Source: Thermoproteota archaeon (GTDB lineage Archaea; Korarchaeota; Korarchaeia; Korarchaeales; Korarchaeaceae). From it: a stretch of 64,000 bases of DNA. Numbering within the stretch: the stretch's first letter is position 1; every line of letters starts with the position of its first letter. The stretch spans positions 128,001 to 192,000 of the forward strand of contig JALSOH010000006.1 of NCBI GenBank assembly GCA_026986575.1. The letters run 5' to 3'. A program made the position numbers and the translations under genes. Below are positions 30,315-40,004 of this stretch, piece after piece. The notes beneath the pieces are model-generated. The model did not search any database. It was not told the origin of the DNA and was given only the letters and a program-made list of their open reading frames with translations.

Positions 30315-31310
30315 CTAATCCTCCCCTCTCAACTCTCTCAGCAGGTTCCTCCAGAAGAGGTAGTCCTGCTCGGCTCTGTACAGTTCTGACCTACCAGTTA
30401 GGTAGGAGTCCCATCTCCTAGCGTACTCCAGAAGAAGGTCGTCGTGGTACCACCTTCCCAAGAAGTAAAGGAGCCTCACATGGAGTCTGTGGTAACGCTC
30501 ATCTGCCATTCCGTGCTTCGTGGAATAGAGGGACCAGTTCCCCGTATCATAATCTGGGAGCATCCTGTGCAGGGTCCCGAGTCCCTCCATAACGAGCTGA
30601 TAACCTCCGCTATCATTCATTAGACAGCTGTAAATGGTCAATCCCTTCAAGGACAACATGAAGCCGTTGAGCACCAAATCATCTGGGGAGTTAGAATACT
30701 CCAAGAAGAACCTTCCATAGATGGTATTCACGGAGAATCCACCCTCATTTCTCGGGATCAGGAAACTGTTCGCGAAACCCTTCGCCGCTCTCAGGTATTT
30801 AATGCCGCCAAATTTCCTGTATGCTATGGCGTAGTAGCCAGCAGCCAGCCCCTGACTCAGGGAGGAGTTCCAAGGAATCCCGGGAGCTTCCCATTGAAAG
30901 TAGTAGTTGAAGAACAACGCGTTGTCCTTCTCCTCCGCATATGAGAGCATCCAATCCATTATCTCCCTGAACTCACTCCAGTTCCTCCTGTACTGCAGGG
31001 CCTCCGTGGCTAGGTTCATCGCATTGGTGGGATGGACATTGAAACCCTGTCCTCTTATTTAGACGAGAGGGACGCCCACGCCCTCAGGTCTGTACCTCTC
31101 GAACTCCGAAGGCATTCTGACCCTCTCAAAGTACTCCAGATCCGCCTTCAAGGAGTCGATCAGCTGCTTCCTCGCGACTTCCCTGCTCCAGACGAGGTGC
31201 ATCCTTAGCAAAGTGTCTAGGACGTCAGCTAGGATGTAGTTCATCCCGCGCCTGTCTACAGTTCTGTGCTCGTGGCGGGGCGACGGAATTAGGAGAACCG
31301 CTAACAACAA
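30315..31310 (-). pseudogene. D-glucuronyl C5-epimerase-domain secreted protein interrupted by an in-frame TAA
   Basis: ORFs 31059-31310 and 30315-31019 share a frame (VPLV*IRGQGFNVHPT); W.S.LSQG, FLEY, VLNGF, YDTG.WSLY, YH.LHV. Confidence 0.75.
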
Positions 31311-31329
31311 GAGGGAGGCCAGGAAAATC

Positions 31330-33018
31330 TTAGTTTGCTTTCCAACCAGTTGACCTCACCTCAACCACCCTGTCCCTGTAGAACGAGAGGGGACACACAT
31401 CATTGCATACCCCGCACCTCGTGCACCTATCAGGAAGTATTCGGGCCTTTCCTTGGATTTCGATCGCCCCAAATTCGCAGTATTCCCTGCAAACTCCGCA
31501 TCCTGTGCAAGCGGATCTGGCGATCAGGCCTCTAACCCCCTCCAACTCACCCTTGTACGCGATAAGTCCCTTCTCCTTACTAACGACCTCCACCGTGAAG
31601 TCCCTGCCCGATATCTTACCATTCATGACCACCCCCAGACTGTGAGCTAACGATAGGAATGTCTCTACGTCGAAGGGATCGATGACTAGGAGCTTCCCGT
31701 GCGAATCAGGGGTCATAGTCACCAAAGCCCTTCTCCTCTCGGGACACAACTGCTCCATCCTCCGAGGTGGGTGGATCCACCTCCATACCCCGTACTTGAT
31801 CCAGCACTCGCCTAACCCTTCTTTTGATGCGTACTCCAAGAGGAACGAGTGCCACCGTTCCCATAGACTCGGATACTGTTCCTCCAACTTCTCAAACTCG
31901 GAGAGTCTGGAGGCGGAGCACAGGTAGCATCCTAACCTCTCGAACCCCCTCTGGTAGAGAGGATTGATCTTCACGGATCTCAGTCTCAGATAAAGCCAAG
32001 TCTGTAAAGCGCTCCATTCGTTAATCGGCGCCCCCGTCAGGAACCCGGGGAGCCACCTGTTTCTCCAGATCGGAGGACTTCTCATCCTGGCAAGGGACTC
32101 GAACTTCCTCTGCCCCACCAAGGTGAGTCCCGGAGCTAAATCCCTCAATGCCCTATAGGTTGGGAGGAGCTTTATCACCTTACAGCACCACCTGTAATCC
32201 CTCGCAGGAGGTCCGAATTTGCCCACATTCTCCCAGAAAGCATTTCCGGCGTCGCCCACTACATCGTATCCAACATCCTCCACGAACCTCAGCGTCTCGG
32301 GAAGCTCTAAACCCGTATCATTGAAGTAAACCAGATGGTCCACGCCACTCCTCCTCACGACCTCCAAGAGGGCTGAACTATCCTTCCCACCGGAGAACGA
32401 CACTATGGTCTTACCCGCGCGCTTCGATGCCCTCCACACGAATCTAATGGCCTTGGACTCGTCAGAAAGTAAGCATGGTTCATTCACCTTCAGAACACGA
32501 TTCCAACTGCTTTTCTCCTCTAATAGGGTGTCTCTTGGCTTGAACACCCGGGCAACTACATACCTGTCGCCTACCCTCTCCGCCAACCCGTTCTCCAGTA
32601 ACTTGAACTTAGGACCTCCATCAGCACGCCCGACTATCTCACCCCTCTTCCCTCCTAGGCTAAGGGTCTCCATCCTGTGACCTATTCTGTCGATGGATTG
32701 CTCGAGCGGTTTGAAGTACCACCTCATCTCGTATAAGTCGAAGAAGAGATGTCCAAGGACTCCCCCGTCGGATATAACCTCGTAAGCGGTATCCAAATAG
32801 GGAGCCCTGCCAAAGAGAACGACCTCACTCCGTATGAGCTCGTTATAGGTTCCTGAACCGAGCTGCTCGTCCACAACCCTCTTGAGCAGCTCGAGGTCCG
32901 CGCTTGTCGCGGGTCTGGGATCGCTGGTCTTGGACGTCGGGACTATCCTGATCTCCCTCTCGGCGCATCTCCTAGAGACAACGGGCACATTCTCCTGGAC
33001 GCTCCAGTGCAACCTCAT
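31330..33018 (-). CDS. PAPS-reductase-family protein with C-terminal 4Fe-4S ferredoxin domain
   Basis: SFSGGKDS, DTGLE, RWCCKVIK, RLGCYLC, two CxxCxxCxxxC motifs. Confidence 0.88.
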   Translation of the reverse strand: MRLHWSVQENVPVVSRRCAEREIRIVPTSKTSDPRPATSADLELLKRVVDEQLGSGTYNELIRSEVVLFGRAPYLDTAYEVISDGGVLGHLFFDLYEMRWYFKPLEQSIDRIGHRMETLSLGGKRGEIVGRADGGPKFKLLENGLAERVGDRYVVARVFKPRDTLLEEKSSWNRVLKVNEPCLLSDESKAIRFVWRASKRAGKTIVSFSGGKDSSALLEVVRRSGVDHLVYFNDTGLELPETLRFVEDVGYDVVGDAGNAFWENVGKFGPPARDYRWCCKVIKLLPTYRALRDLAPGLTLVGQRKFESLARMRSPPIWRNRWLPGFLTGAPINEWSALQTWLYLRLRSVKINPLYQRGFERLGCYLCSASRLSEFEKLEEQYPSLWERWHSFLLEYASKEGLGECWIKYGVWRWIHPPRRMEQLCPERRRALVTMTPDSHGKLLVIDPFDVETFLSLAHSLGVVMNGKISGRDFTVEVVSKEKGLIAYKGELEGVRGLIARSACTGCGVCREYCEFGAIEIQGKARILPDRCTRCGVCNDVCPLSFYRDRVVEVRSTGWKAN

Positions 33019-33058
33019 TTCCGCTCAACTTTTTATTAGATCTAGTCATGAGGGTTAG

Positions 33059-34099
33059 ATGCCACTTAAAGAGCTCAACATCAATGTGCCTTATATAATT
33101 CGCGTCGGGAGAGGGTCTATCTCCGAAGCCCCATCCCTCATTTCGGAGGCGCTGGGCGAGAGGGGGAAAACCCTCATCTTAGGTAGTAGGAGTATATGGC
33201 CAGAGGTGGAGTGGCTCTCATCCGAGTTACAGGCGAAAGGATTAGATACCAAGGTGGCTAAGGTGGGGGCAGCATCCCCTGAGGAGGTCTCTAGGCTTGT
33301 AGGTGAGGGCAGAGGATCTTCCCTCGTAATAGGAATAGGTGGCGGAAGGAACATAGATGTTGCCAAGGCTGTGGCCCACGATCTCGGGGCCAAGCTAGTT
33401 TCCATACCGACCACCACATCCACCGACGCCATGGCAACCCCCTTCGCCATTCTGTGGGAAGGAGGGAGATCCAAGGCGGTCAAGGGTGCAACACCCTTGC
33501 TCCTCATAGCCGACCTAGATCTGATATGGAGGGCCCCCGAGAGGCTCCAGTTCTCGGGATTCGGCGACTACATTGCCAAGGTAACCGCTCTCCCCGACTT
33601 GGAACTTGCCTACATGCTGGGCAGGGAGGAGAACTTCAGCCCTGTGGCCGTATCGATGGCTTACCAGTTCACGGAGATGCTCATAGAGGTGGCCGATGGA
33701 ATACCCGTGAGGGACGAGGAAGTGTGGAAGCTCTACGTACTCCTCTTGGCCTTGGATGGCATGCTCATGAGCATGTGCAACACCACTAGGATAGCCGCGG
33801 GTAGTGAACATCTCTTCGCCTACGCATTAGAGGAGGTAACTGGGAAGGAGCTTCTACATGGGGAGACTGTTGGTCTAGGTTCCGCCCTGCTGGCTCCCCT
33901 CCACGGGATAGATAGGGAATATGTGCTCGATGCTTTAGACAGGGCATCCCTACCCACGAGCTTCTCCGACTTGGGAGTGTCCAAGGAAGAGGTGGCTACC
34001 GCGCTCACCATCGCTCATAAAATGAGGAACTGGTATACAGTGCTGGGGGAGGGAATGAGCCGGGAAGCCGCTGAGAGACTGGCTGAAGGCCTCGCCTAA
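33059..34099 (+). CDS. egsA: sn-glycerol-1-phosphate dehydrogenase
   Basis: GGGRNIDVAK, PT..STD, GFGD..AK, GSEH, LHGE.VG, R.WYTVLG. Confidence 0.85.
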   Translation: MPLKELNINVPYIIRVGRGSISEAPSLISEALGERGKTLILGSRSIWPEVEWLSSELQAKGLDTKVAKVGAASPEEVSRLVGEGRGSSLVIGIGGGRNIDVAKAVAHDLGAKLVSIPTTTSTDAMATPFAILWEGGRSKAVKGATPLLLIADLDLIWRAPERLQFSGFGDYIAKVTALPDLELAYMLGREENFSPVAVSMAYQFTEMLIEVADGIPVRDEEVWKLYVLLLALDGMLMSMCNTTRIAAGSEHLFAYALEEVTGKELLHGETVGLGSALLAPLHGIDREYVLDALDRASLPTSFSDLGVSKEEVATALTIAHKMRNWYTVLGEGMSREAAERLAEGLA

Positions 34100-34899
34100 T
34101 CGCCCTCATTGAGTTTCTTGGCTATCTCCTTAGCTCTCTTGGTGGCGGCCTCAACGGCCTTCATCACGGCGGTCCTTATACCGCTCTCCTCCAAGTAGAA
34201 TATGCCCTCTATGGTCGTCCCAGCCGGGGTGAGGACCATCTCCTTTATTTCCGCGGGATGCCTCCCTGATTCGAGGTAGAGCTTCGCCGTCCCGAACACC
34301 GTGTAGGCCGAGCTCAGGTAAGCGAAGTCCCTCGGCAGACCCACCTTCAAACCAGCGTAGGCCATGGCCTCTATCAAGGTCGCTATGTAGGCAGGGCCGC
34401 TCCCGCTCAACGCAGTGACTGCATCCATCAGCTCCTCGTCAACCTCGTGGGCCTCTCCCATCTCTTTCAGGAGCTGTACAACTACAGCTTCATCCCTAGA
34501 GTCTAGGTCTGGTCCCTTAGAGTAGGCGGTGAAAGAGGCCTTTACCATCACAGCTATGTTCGGCATCGCCCTGACTATCTTGGCTCCGGGCGCGGCGGCC
34601 TTGAGCTTCTTTATCGGAACCGCTGCAGCCACAGATATTACGATCTTACCCTCCACCAAGTCTGAGATCTCCTTAAGCACATCGACAGCCTTGTAAGGTT
34701 TGACGGCGATTATCACTATATCGGAGCTGGCAGCGACCTCCCTGTTGTCGCTAGTCACCCTAACGCCCAGCCTCCTCAACTCCTCCAGCTCGTGCAACTT
34801 CCTCCTAGAGGCTATCACGGACCATCTGCCACTCTCGACCAGTACCTTGGCCATAGCGGAACCGATCTGACCTGCCCCTATTATACCAACGTTCCTCAT
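34096..34899 (-). CDS. proC: Pyrroline-5-carboxylate reductase
   Basis: GAGQIG, AVKP, RAMPN, TALSGSGPAY, TPAGTT. Confidence 0.95.
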   Translation of the reverse strand: MRNVGIIGAGQIGSAMAKVLVESGRWSVIASRRKLHELEELRRLGVRVTSDNREVAASSDIVIIAVKPYKAVDVLKEISDLVEGKIVISVAAAVPIKKLKAAAPGAKIVRAMPNIAVMVKASFTAYSKGPDLDSRDEAVVVQLLKEMGEAHEVDEELMDAVTALSGSGPAYIATLIEAMAYAGLKVGLPRDFAYLSSAYTVFGTAKLYLESGRHPAEIKEMVLTPAGTTIEGIFYLEESGIRTAVMKAVEAATKRAKEIAKKLNEGD

Positions 34900-34957
34900 A
34901 TTCGCAAACCCTCATCCGATCTCTTAAAAATTGAGTGTGGAATGGGGCTCGAGCCCC

Positions 34958-35245
34958 TTACAGCGCGAGGGAGTAGAGGCCGTCCTCAGATCTCTTCACT
35001 ATCCCCTTCCTTGCGAGAGACCTCATCTTGGCCGCTACCTTCTGCGTCGAGAAGCCAGCCTCTTTCGCTATCTCACCGCACTTGGCGGGCTTTCCTATCT
35101 TCTCCAAGGCCTTCAATATCTTCTTAGCATCCTCATCCACGTCAAGTGCCTCTATCTTGATCTTCTCGGTCTTTTTGGCCTTTGTCTTCCTACTAGAGGT
35201 TTTTTTCGTGCTCTTAGACTTGCTACCTCTCTTCTTACAGGGCAT
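34958..35245 (-). CDS. Small winged-helix protein with Lys-rich N-terminal tail
   Basis: 12 Lys and 2 Arg in the first 30 aa, then KILKAL..GKP...GEIAKEAG.STQKV...MRSL..KGIV...EDGLY. Confidence 0.8.
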   Translation of the reverse strand: MPCKKRGSKSKSTKKTSSRKTKAKKTEKIKIEALDVDEDAKKILKALEKIGKPAKCGEIAKEAGFSTQKVAAKMRSLARKGIVKRSEDGLYSLAL

Positions 35246-35309
35246 TAGATCACCTTTCGCTTGGACCCACGAGCAAAATTAATACTTTACTTTTGAAATA
35301 ACTGATTAA

Positions 35310-35387
35310 GGCAAGGGAATCTACGAGGGGTCGCAATCCTTTATCATTAAGATCTTTAACTCTCGCGGTGAGACGGCTTCCTTGCCA
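35310..35387. ncRNA. Candidate structured RNA or leader (four-way junction)
   Basis: GGCAAGG/CCTTGCC closing stem around three short hairpins; AT-rich TATA-like box about 25 nt upstream on +. Confidence 0.3.
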
Positions 35388-35450
35388 GTTTACGTCGAAC
35401 GTTGAATTACATCTATTAAATATGATATGACCGTAAATGATGGTGGGGCT

Positions 35451-35708
35451 ATGATCAAGGTGATCGATTGGAACAATTTCCCCGATGTCCCTGAAGGTTT
35501 CTCCAAGTTGGATCTCGCTGAGGTCAAGAGAGTATATGATTACGAGCTCCCTCCTCTCGTCGTGTACGCCGGAGTCGCCGAAGACCGTGAAGGCCATGTG
35601 ATCCCAGTTGTGGCTGTAATAGAGGAAGGTACAGAGATAGCCAAGCTTTATATTCTCGAGAAAGGAGAGGAGAGCGTAGAGAGGGAGCTTATAGCTTCTC
35701 TCGTGTGA
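35451..35708 (+). CDS. Hypothetical acidic protein
   Basis: GGTGG RBS, host-like codons, T-tract after the stop. Confidence 0.6.
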   Translation: MIKVIDWNNFPDVPEGFSKLDLAEVKRVYDYELPPLVVYAGVAEDREGHVIPVVAVIEEGTEIAKLYILEKGEESVERELIASLV

Positions 35709-35744
35709 GGAACTTTTTTCTTTTTACAAACCCCCTCTCGTGGG

Positions 35745-37694
35745 GTGGTCCTGTTGATCCGTCGGATTGCTGTTTTAGGAGCTGGTACGATGGGGCATGG
35801 TATTGCACAGGTAGCTGCTATGGCTGGATATAATGTGATAATGAGGGACATAAAGGAGGAATTCGTTCAGAGCGGGCTTAACAGGATAAGGGCTAGCTTG
35901 GAGAAATTCGTTAAAAAGGGCAAGATGTCAGAGGAAGAAATGAATGAGGTACTATCAAGAATAAAGACGACTCTTGATCTAGAAGAGGCCGTCAGGTATG
36001 CAGATTTCGTGATAGAGGCTATTCCAGAGGTTTTCGACATAAAGGCCGATACTTTCAGGACGGTGGATAGGGTAGCACCTCGCCATGCCGTGATGGCCAC
36101 AAACACGAGCAGCCTTCCCATAACCGAACTGGCAGCAGTCACCTCGAGGCCTGACAAGTTCGTTGGAATGCACTTCTTCAATCCCCCTCAGTTGATGAAG
36201 CTTGTCGAAGTAGTCAGGGGAGCGAAGACCTCCGATGAGACGGTCAACATCACGGTGGAGTTGGCGAAATCCATGGGAAAGGTGCCTGTAGTCGTGGCCA
36301 AGGATGTCCCAGGCTTCATCGTGAACAGGGTGCTGGTAAGGTGGCTTAACGAGGCCTGCCTCATTATGGAGAGAGAGGGAGTGGACAAGCTCCTCATAGA
36401 TGCTGCACTCAAGGGTAAGGCGGATCTCCCGATGGGTGCCTTCGAGCTGTCAGATTTCATCGGTCTTGACGTGATGAGGGACATAATCGATGCGATGGTC
36501 CAGAGAGGCTTCATCCTCACCCCGTGTAAGAGCTGGAAGGAGCTCCCTGAGGGTGGAAAGCTGGGCAGGAAGAGCGGCCAGGGCTTCTACGACTGGTCCT
36601 CAGGGAGACCCAACATACCTGCTGATCCCGATGCGCCCTTCGATCCATTGGAGGTCCTGAGCATGGCCATAAACGAGGCAGCGTGGTTGGTAAGGAGTGG
36701 AGTAGCTTCAGCAGAGGATGTTGATAAGGCCGTCGTACTGGGGCTCAACTTTCCGAAGGGGCCCCTCAAAATGGCTGATGAGATAGGATTGGATAGGGTA
36801 AAGGCGGTAATAGAGGCTAAGAAGGAAAAGTACGGCCTCCCGGAGTACGAAGTGGATCCACTAATCGCCGAGAAGGTGGACAGAGGAGAGCTGGGAGTGA
36901 AATCTGGCAGAGGTTTCTTCGACTATGGACTCAAGGAGAAGGAGTTTGGATCGGTCCTGTACCGAGAAACCCCACCGATCGCTTGGATCATCGTTAATAG
37001 GCCGGACAAGCTCAACGCGATCAACACGGATGTCGTGGAGGGAATAATGTCGTCGCTCGACGAAGCTGAGAGCGAGGCCATCAGAGTGGTGGTGATTACT
37101 GGAGAGGGAAGGGCGTTCAGTGCGGGAGCCGATGTGACCATGTTTAAGGAGCTAAAACCCATTGAGGCCTTTGAACTCTCAAAGAGGCTTAATGAGGCCT
37201 TTAGAAGGATAAGAGAGTTCCGAAAACCTGTCATCGCTATGGTGAACGGTTTTGCCTTGGGTGGAGGCTTGGAACTAGCGATGGCATGTGATCTGAGGAT
37301 AGCCAGCGACAGGGCGCAGTTCGGACAACCCGAGATAACCTTGGGGATAATAACCGGAGCGGGTGGATCCTACAGGCTCCCTGAACTTGTGGGAATAGCC
37401 AAGGCCAAGGAGCTCTTGTTCACTGGGGATCTCATAGGCGCCGACGAGGCCCTCAGGATAGGATTGGTGAACAGAGTCGTCCCTCACGATAAACTGGAGG
37501 AGGAAACTAGGTCATTGGCCATGAAGATAGCTGAGAGACCAGCGAAGGCCCTAGAGATATACAAGGCCCTCCTGAACGGCACCAAGTTGGATGCGGAGAC
37601 CTTGGCTTTTGGACTGGTATTCGGGACAGAGGACTCTAAGGAGGGAATAAACTTCTTCTTAGAGAAAATGAAGCCCGAGTTCAAGGGTATATGA
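35745..37694 (+). CDS. Bifunctional 3-hydroxyacyl-CoA dehydrogenase/enoyl-CoA hydratase
   Basis: GAGTMGHGIAQ, EAIPE, NTSS, GMHFFNP; crotonase FSAGAD, GGGLE, GQPE. Confidence 0.95.
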   Translation: MVLLIRRIAVLGAGTMGHGIAQVAAMAGYNVIMRDIKEEFVQSGLNRIRASLEKFVKKGKMSEEEMNEVLSRIKTTLDLEEAVRYADFVIEAIPEVFDIKADTFRTVDRVAPRHAVMATNTSSLPITELAAVTSRPDKFVGMHFFNPPQLMKLVEVVRGAKTSDETVNITVELAKSMGKVPVVVAKDVPGFIVNRVLVRWLNEACLIMEREGVDKLLIDAALKGKADLPMGAFELSDFIGLDVMRDIIDAMVQRGFILTPCKSWKELPEGGKLGRKSGQGFYDWSSGRPNIPADPDAPFDPLEVLSMAINEAAWLVRSGVASAEDVDKAVVLGLNFPKGPLKMADEIGLDRVKAVIEAKKEKYGLPEYEVDPLIAEKVDRGELGVKSGRGFFDYGLKEKEFGSVLYRETPPIAWIIVNRPDKLNAINTDVVEGIMSSLDEAESEAIRVVVITGEGRAFSAGADVTMFKELKPIEAFELSKRLNEAFRRIREFRKPVIAMVNGFALGGGLELAMACDLRIASDRAQFGQPEITLGIITGAGGSYRLPELVGIAKAKELLFTGDLIGADEALRIGLVNRVVPHDKLEEETRSLAMKIAERPAKALEIYKALLNGTKLDAETLAFGLVFGTEDSKEGINFFLEKMKPEFKGI

Positions 37695-37744
37695 TCTTCA
37701 TCCCTTTTTTCTTTTCTGTTCTTCCCTAGGAAAAAGGTAGGGAA

Positions 37745-37951
37745 TCAGACCTGAACAATGTATATGTCCTTGCAGGCCTTCACGGCGTCGTAGGATATGG
37801 TCCTTCGTTCACCTCTCCTTCCAGTGGAGACCACTAGAGCAGCCAGCCTTCCCTCCACATCGTCGAAAACAAAATCCTCAGTTATCCCCAGATATTGACC
37901 GTCACTCGTGTAGACCTGCATCTCATAGAGTTCCGAAATCTTCCTAGCCAT
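37745..37951 (-). CDS. Standalone PRC-barrel protein
   Basis: ISELY.MQVYTSDGQYLG..EDFVFD...G.LAAL, V.A.KDI.IV. Confidence 0.8.
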   Translation of the reverse strand: MARKISELYEMQVYTSDGQYLGITEDFVFDDVEGRLAALVVSTGRRGERRTISYDAVKACKDIYIVQV

Positions 37952-37955
37952 ATGA

Positions 37956-38657
37956 TCACCTCAGAATGATCCTAGCGTCAACGACCTTTATTCCCTTTGG
38001 ATATGCGATAACCGGATTTAAATCCATCTCGGCTATCTCCTCAATGTCAAGTCCTATCTGACCCACCTTTATGAGAGCATCCTTGAGGGCCTCCAGATCA
38101 ACTGGTTCCATTCCCCTGAACCCGGTCAGCAGCTTGTAGGCCTTGATCTCTCTCATCATGGAGTCCGCGTCGTATTCTGAGAGAGGAGCTACCCTGAAGG
38201 AGACATCCCTGTACACCTCGACGAATATACCTCCCAGTCCGAACATGACTGTGGGTCCGAACTGGGGATCCCTGATCAGACCTATTATTAGCTCTAGACC
38301 TTGGGGGGCGAACTCCTGAACGAGTATGCCAGTTATCCTCGCGTTGGGTACGTTGGCCTTCACGCTCTCCAGAATATCCCTATAAGCATTTCTGACCTCT
38401 TCCTCAGTTTTCAGGTTCACCTTGACCCCGCCGACATCGCTCTTATGGATGACATTCGGAGATACTATCTTCAGAACGACAGGAAATCCTATCTCCCCAG
38501 CGGCCTCGACAGCCTCATCCTCGCTTCTAGCTAAGTGTATTTTAGTTACGGGTATTCCGTAGCTGGCTATGAGTTCCTTGGCTTCATGCTCTAGGAGGAC
38601 CTTCCTTCCCTCCTCCTTGGCCTTGGCAACGATCTCTCGAGGCTCCAATGAGATCAC
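37956..38657 (-). CDS. acdB: ADP-forming acetate/acyl-CoA ligase beta subunit
   Basis: LLEHEAK, LKIVSP..IHKSDVGGV, DPQFGP.VMFGLGGIFVE, DLNP, DAR. Confidence 0.92.
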   Translation of the reverse strand: MISLEPREIVAKAKEEGRKVLLEHEAKELIASYGIPVTKIHLARSEDEAVEAAGEIGFPVVLKIVSPNVIHKSDVGGVKVNLKTEEEVRNAYRDILESVKANVPNARITGILVQEFAPQGLELIIGLIRDPQFGPTVMFGLGGIFVEVYRDVSFRVAPLSEYDADSMMREIKAYKLLTGFRGMEPVDLEALKDALIKVGQIGLDIEEIAEMDLNPVIAYPKGIKVVDARIILR

Positions 38658-38720
38658 CGGTAGATCCGGCGGGTATAGTAAATAAAGTTGTCACGCCTGA
38701 TGGTCCCAAAATGAGGAAGA

Positions 38721-40004
38721 TCAGGGCCACCAGAGGCCCTTCTTCAACCTCTTCAGCTTGATGATGCTCCTAGTGACCCTTCTCGTGGGTCTCTCCTTCT
38801 TGGCCCTCTTGACCTTCTCGCGTTTCTCCTCTTCCTCCTCTCTTTCCTTCGGTCTAGCTCTCAAGGCCCCCTTCGGCACGTAGTACCTTCCAGACCTGTC
38901 CTTCTCGAGCAGTCCAGTGACTACGAGGGCCTCAAGTCTGGAGTAGGCGAGTGATATGGGAACCTCGGCCTCTATGGCCACCTTCTCCAAGCCGACGGGT
39001 CCGCCATTGAAGTTCCTTAGTATAAGGTCCAATTCCCTTCTCATCTTCGGTGGGGCCTTCTTCACATACTCTATTATCTCCCTCTCGGCATCCAGCACTT
39101 TATCGAACACATACATATCCACCTGACTCCTACCCAGTATGACGGCCACATCTAGGCTTTTGGAGAGTAGCTCGAGCAGCCTCGCAGGATTGCCCTCAGC
39201 GACTCGATTGGCTGCGAGTACCACGTCTTCCGTCAACGGATCGAGAGGAGACTCCGGCTCTCTGGCTCTGAACTTGCTCAACCTCTTGGAGATCAAGCTG
39301 ATGGCCTCATCGTCGGTTAGGGGAGGTAAGGCTATCCTCTCGTGCACCCTCGACGTCAAGGCCGGGAACCTCTTATCCAGCTCCTCATAGGCCTCGTCGC
39401 TCATGGCCATGACTACCAATATGCCCTCGGGCATCACGGAAACTATCTCCCTTATCATCTCGAAGAAGAAGAAGGACCACCTCTCGTCGGCGTACATCAT
39501 GTTGTGCACATCGTCAAGCAGCAGCGCTGAGGGCGCTATCGAATCTAAGGCCTTCACTATCATTCTCCCCGCCTCAGCAGGGGAGGTCTTCAGCTGATCG
39601 AGTTCCTCGTCGGTCAAACTCTCCGGCATTCCCAAGAGGACCTTCTTCAGGGCCTTCGTTATACTCCTAGAGAGCTCGTAGGAGGTTATGAGGAGATTAT
39701 CTATTATGTCGGGTCCCTCTACGACCGATATCTCTTGATATATGGAGTCTAGCTCCGCATTGGTGTAGGAAAACTTGAGAAGATGGAGCCTCAAGCTCCT
39801 ACCGGATCCGGGAGGTCCCGTCAGGGCGACGAATGCGGAAGCCACCCCAGACATGGCCTCCGCAGCTAGAGAGTCTAGGATATCGTCTACCCACTGCTTG
39901 CTGAATATGGAACTCGGGTCCTCCAACTCGATGATCGACGATCTCAGAAAGGGATTCCTGTACAGCCCTAGAAGCTGGTGGTAATGGCTCGGGCTGGCGG
40001 ACAA
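38721..40004 (-). CDS. AAA+/P-loop protein with C-terminal winged helix; degenerate Walker A
   Basis: GPPGSGRS, LLLDDVH, PAL.SR, GNPAR, wHTH, basic tail. Confidence 0.7.
   Translation of the reverse strand: MSASPSHYHQLLGLYRNPFLRSSIIELEDPSSIFSKQWVDDILDSLAAEAMSGVASAFVALTGPPGSGRSLRLHLLKFSYTNAELDSIYQEISVVEGPDIIDNLLITSYELSRSITKALKKVLLGMPESLTDEELDQLKTSPAEAGRMIVKALDSIAPSALLLDDVHNMMYADERWSFFFFEMIREIVSVMPEGILVVMAMSDEAYEELDKRFPALTSRVHERIALPPLTDDEAISLISKRLSKFRAREPESPLDPLTEDVVLAANRVAEGNPARLLELLSKSLDVAVILGRSQVDMYVFDKVLDAEREIIEYVKKAPPKMRRELDLILRNFNGGPVGLEKVAIEAEVPISLAYSRLEALVVTGLLEKDRSGRYYVPKGALRARPKEREEEEEKREKVKRAKKERPTRRVTRSIIKLKRLKKGLWWP

Noticed and set aside
35310-35387. Canonical tRNA
   Set aside because: No TTCRA T-loop, D-loop GG or 7-nt anticodon loop; kept only as a candidate structured RNA
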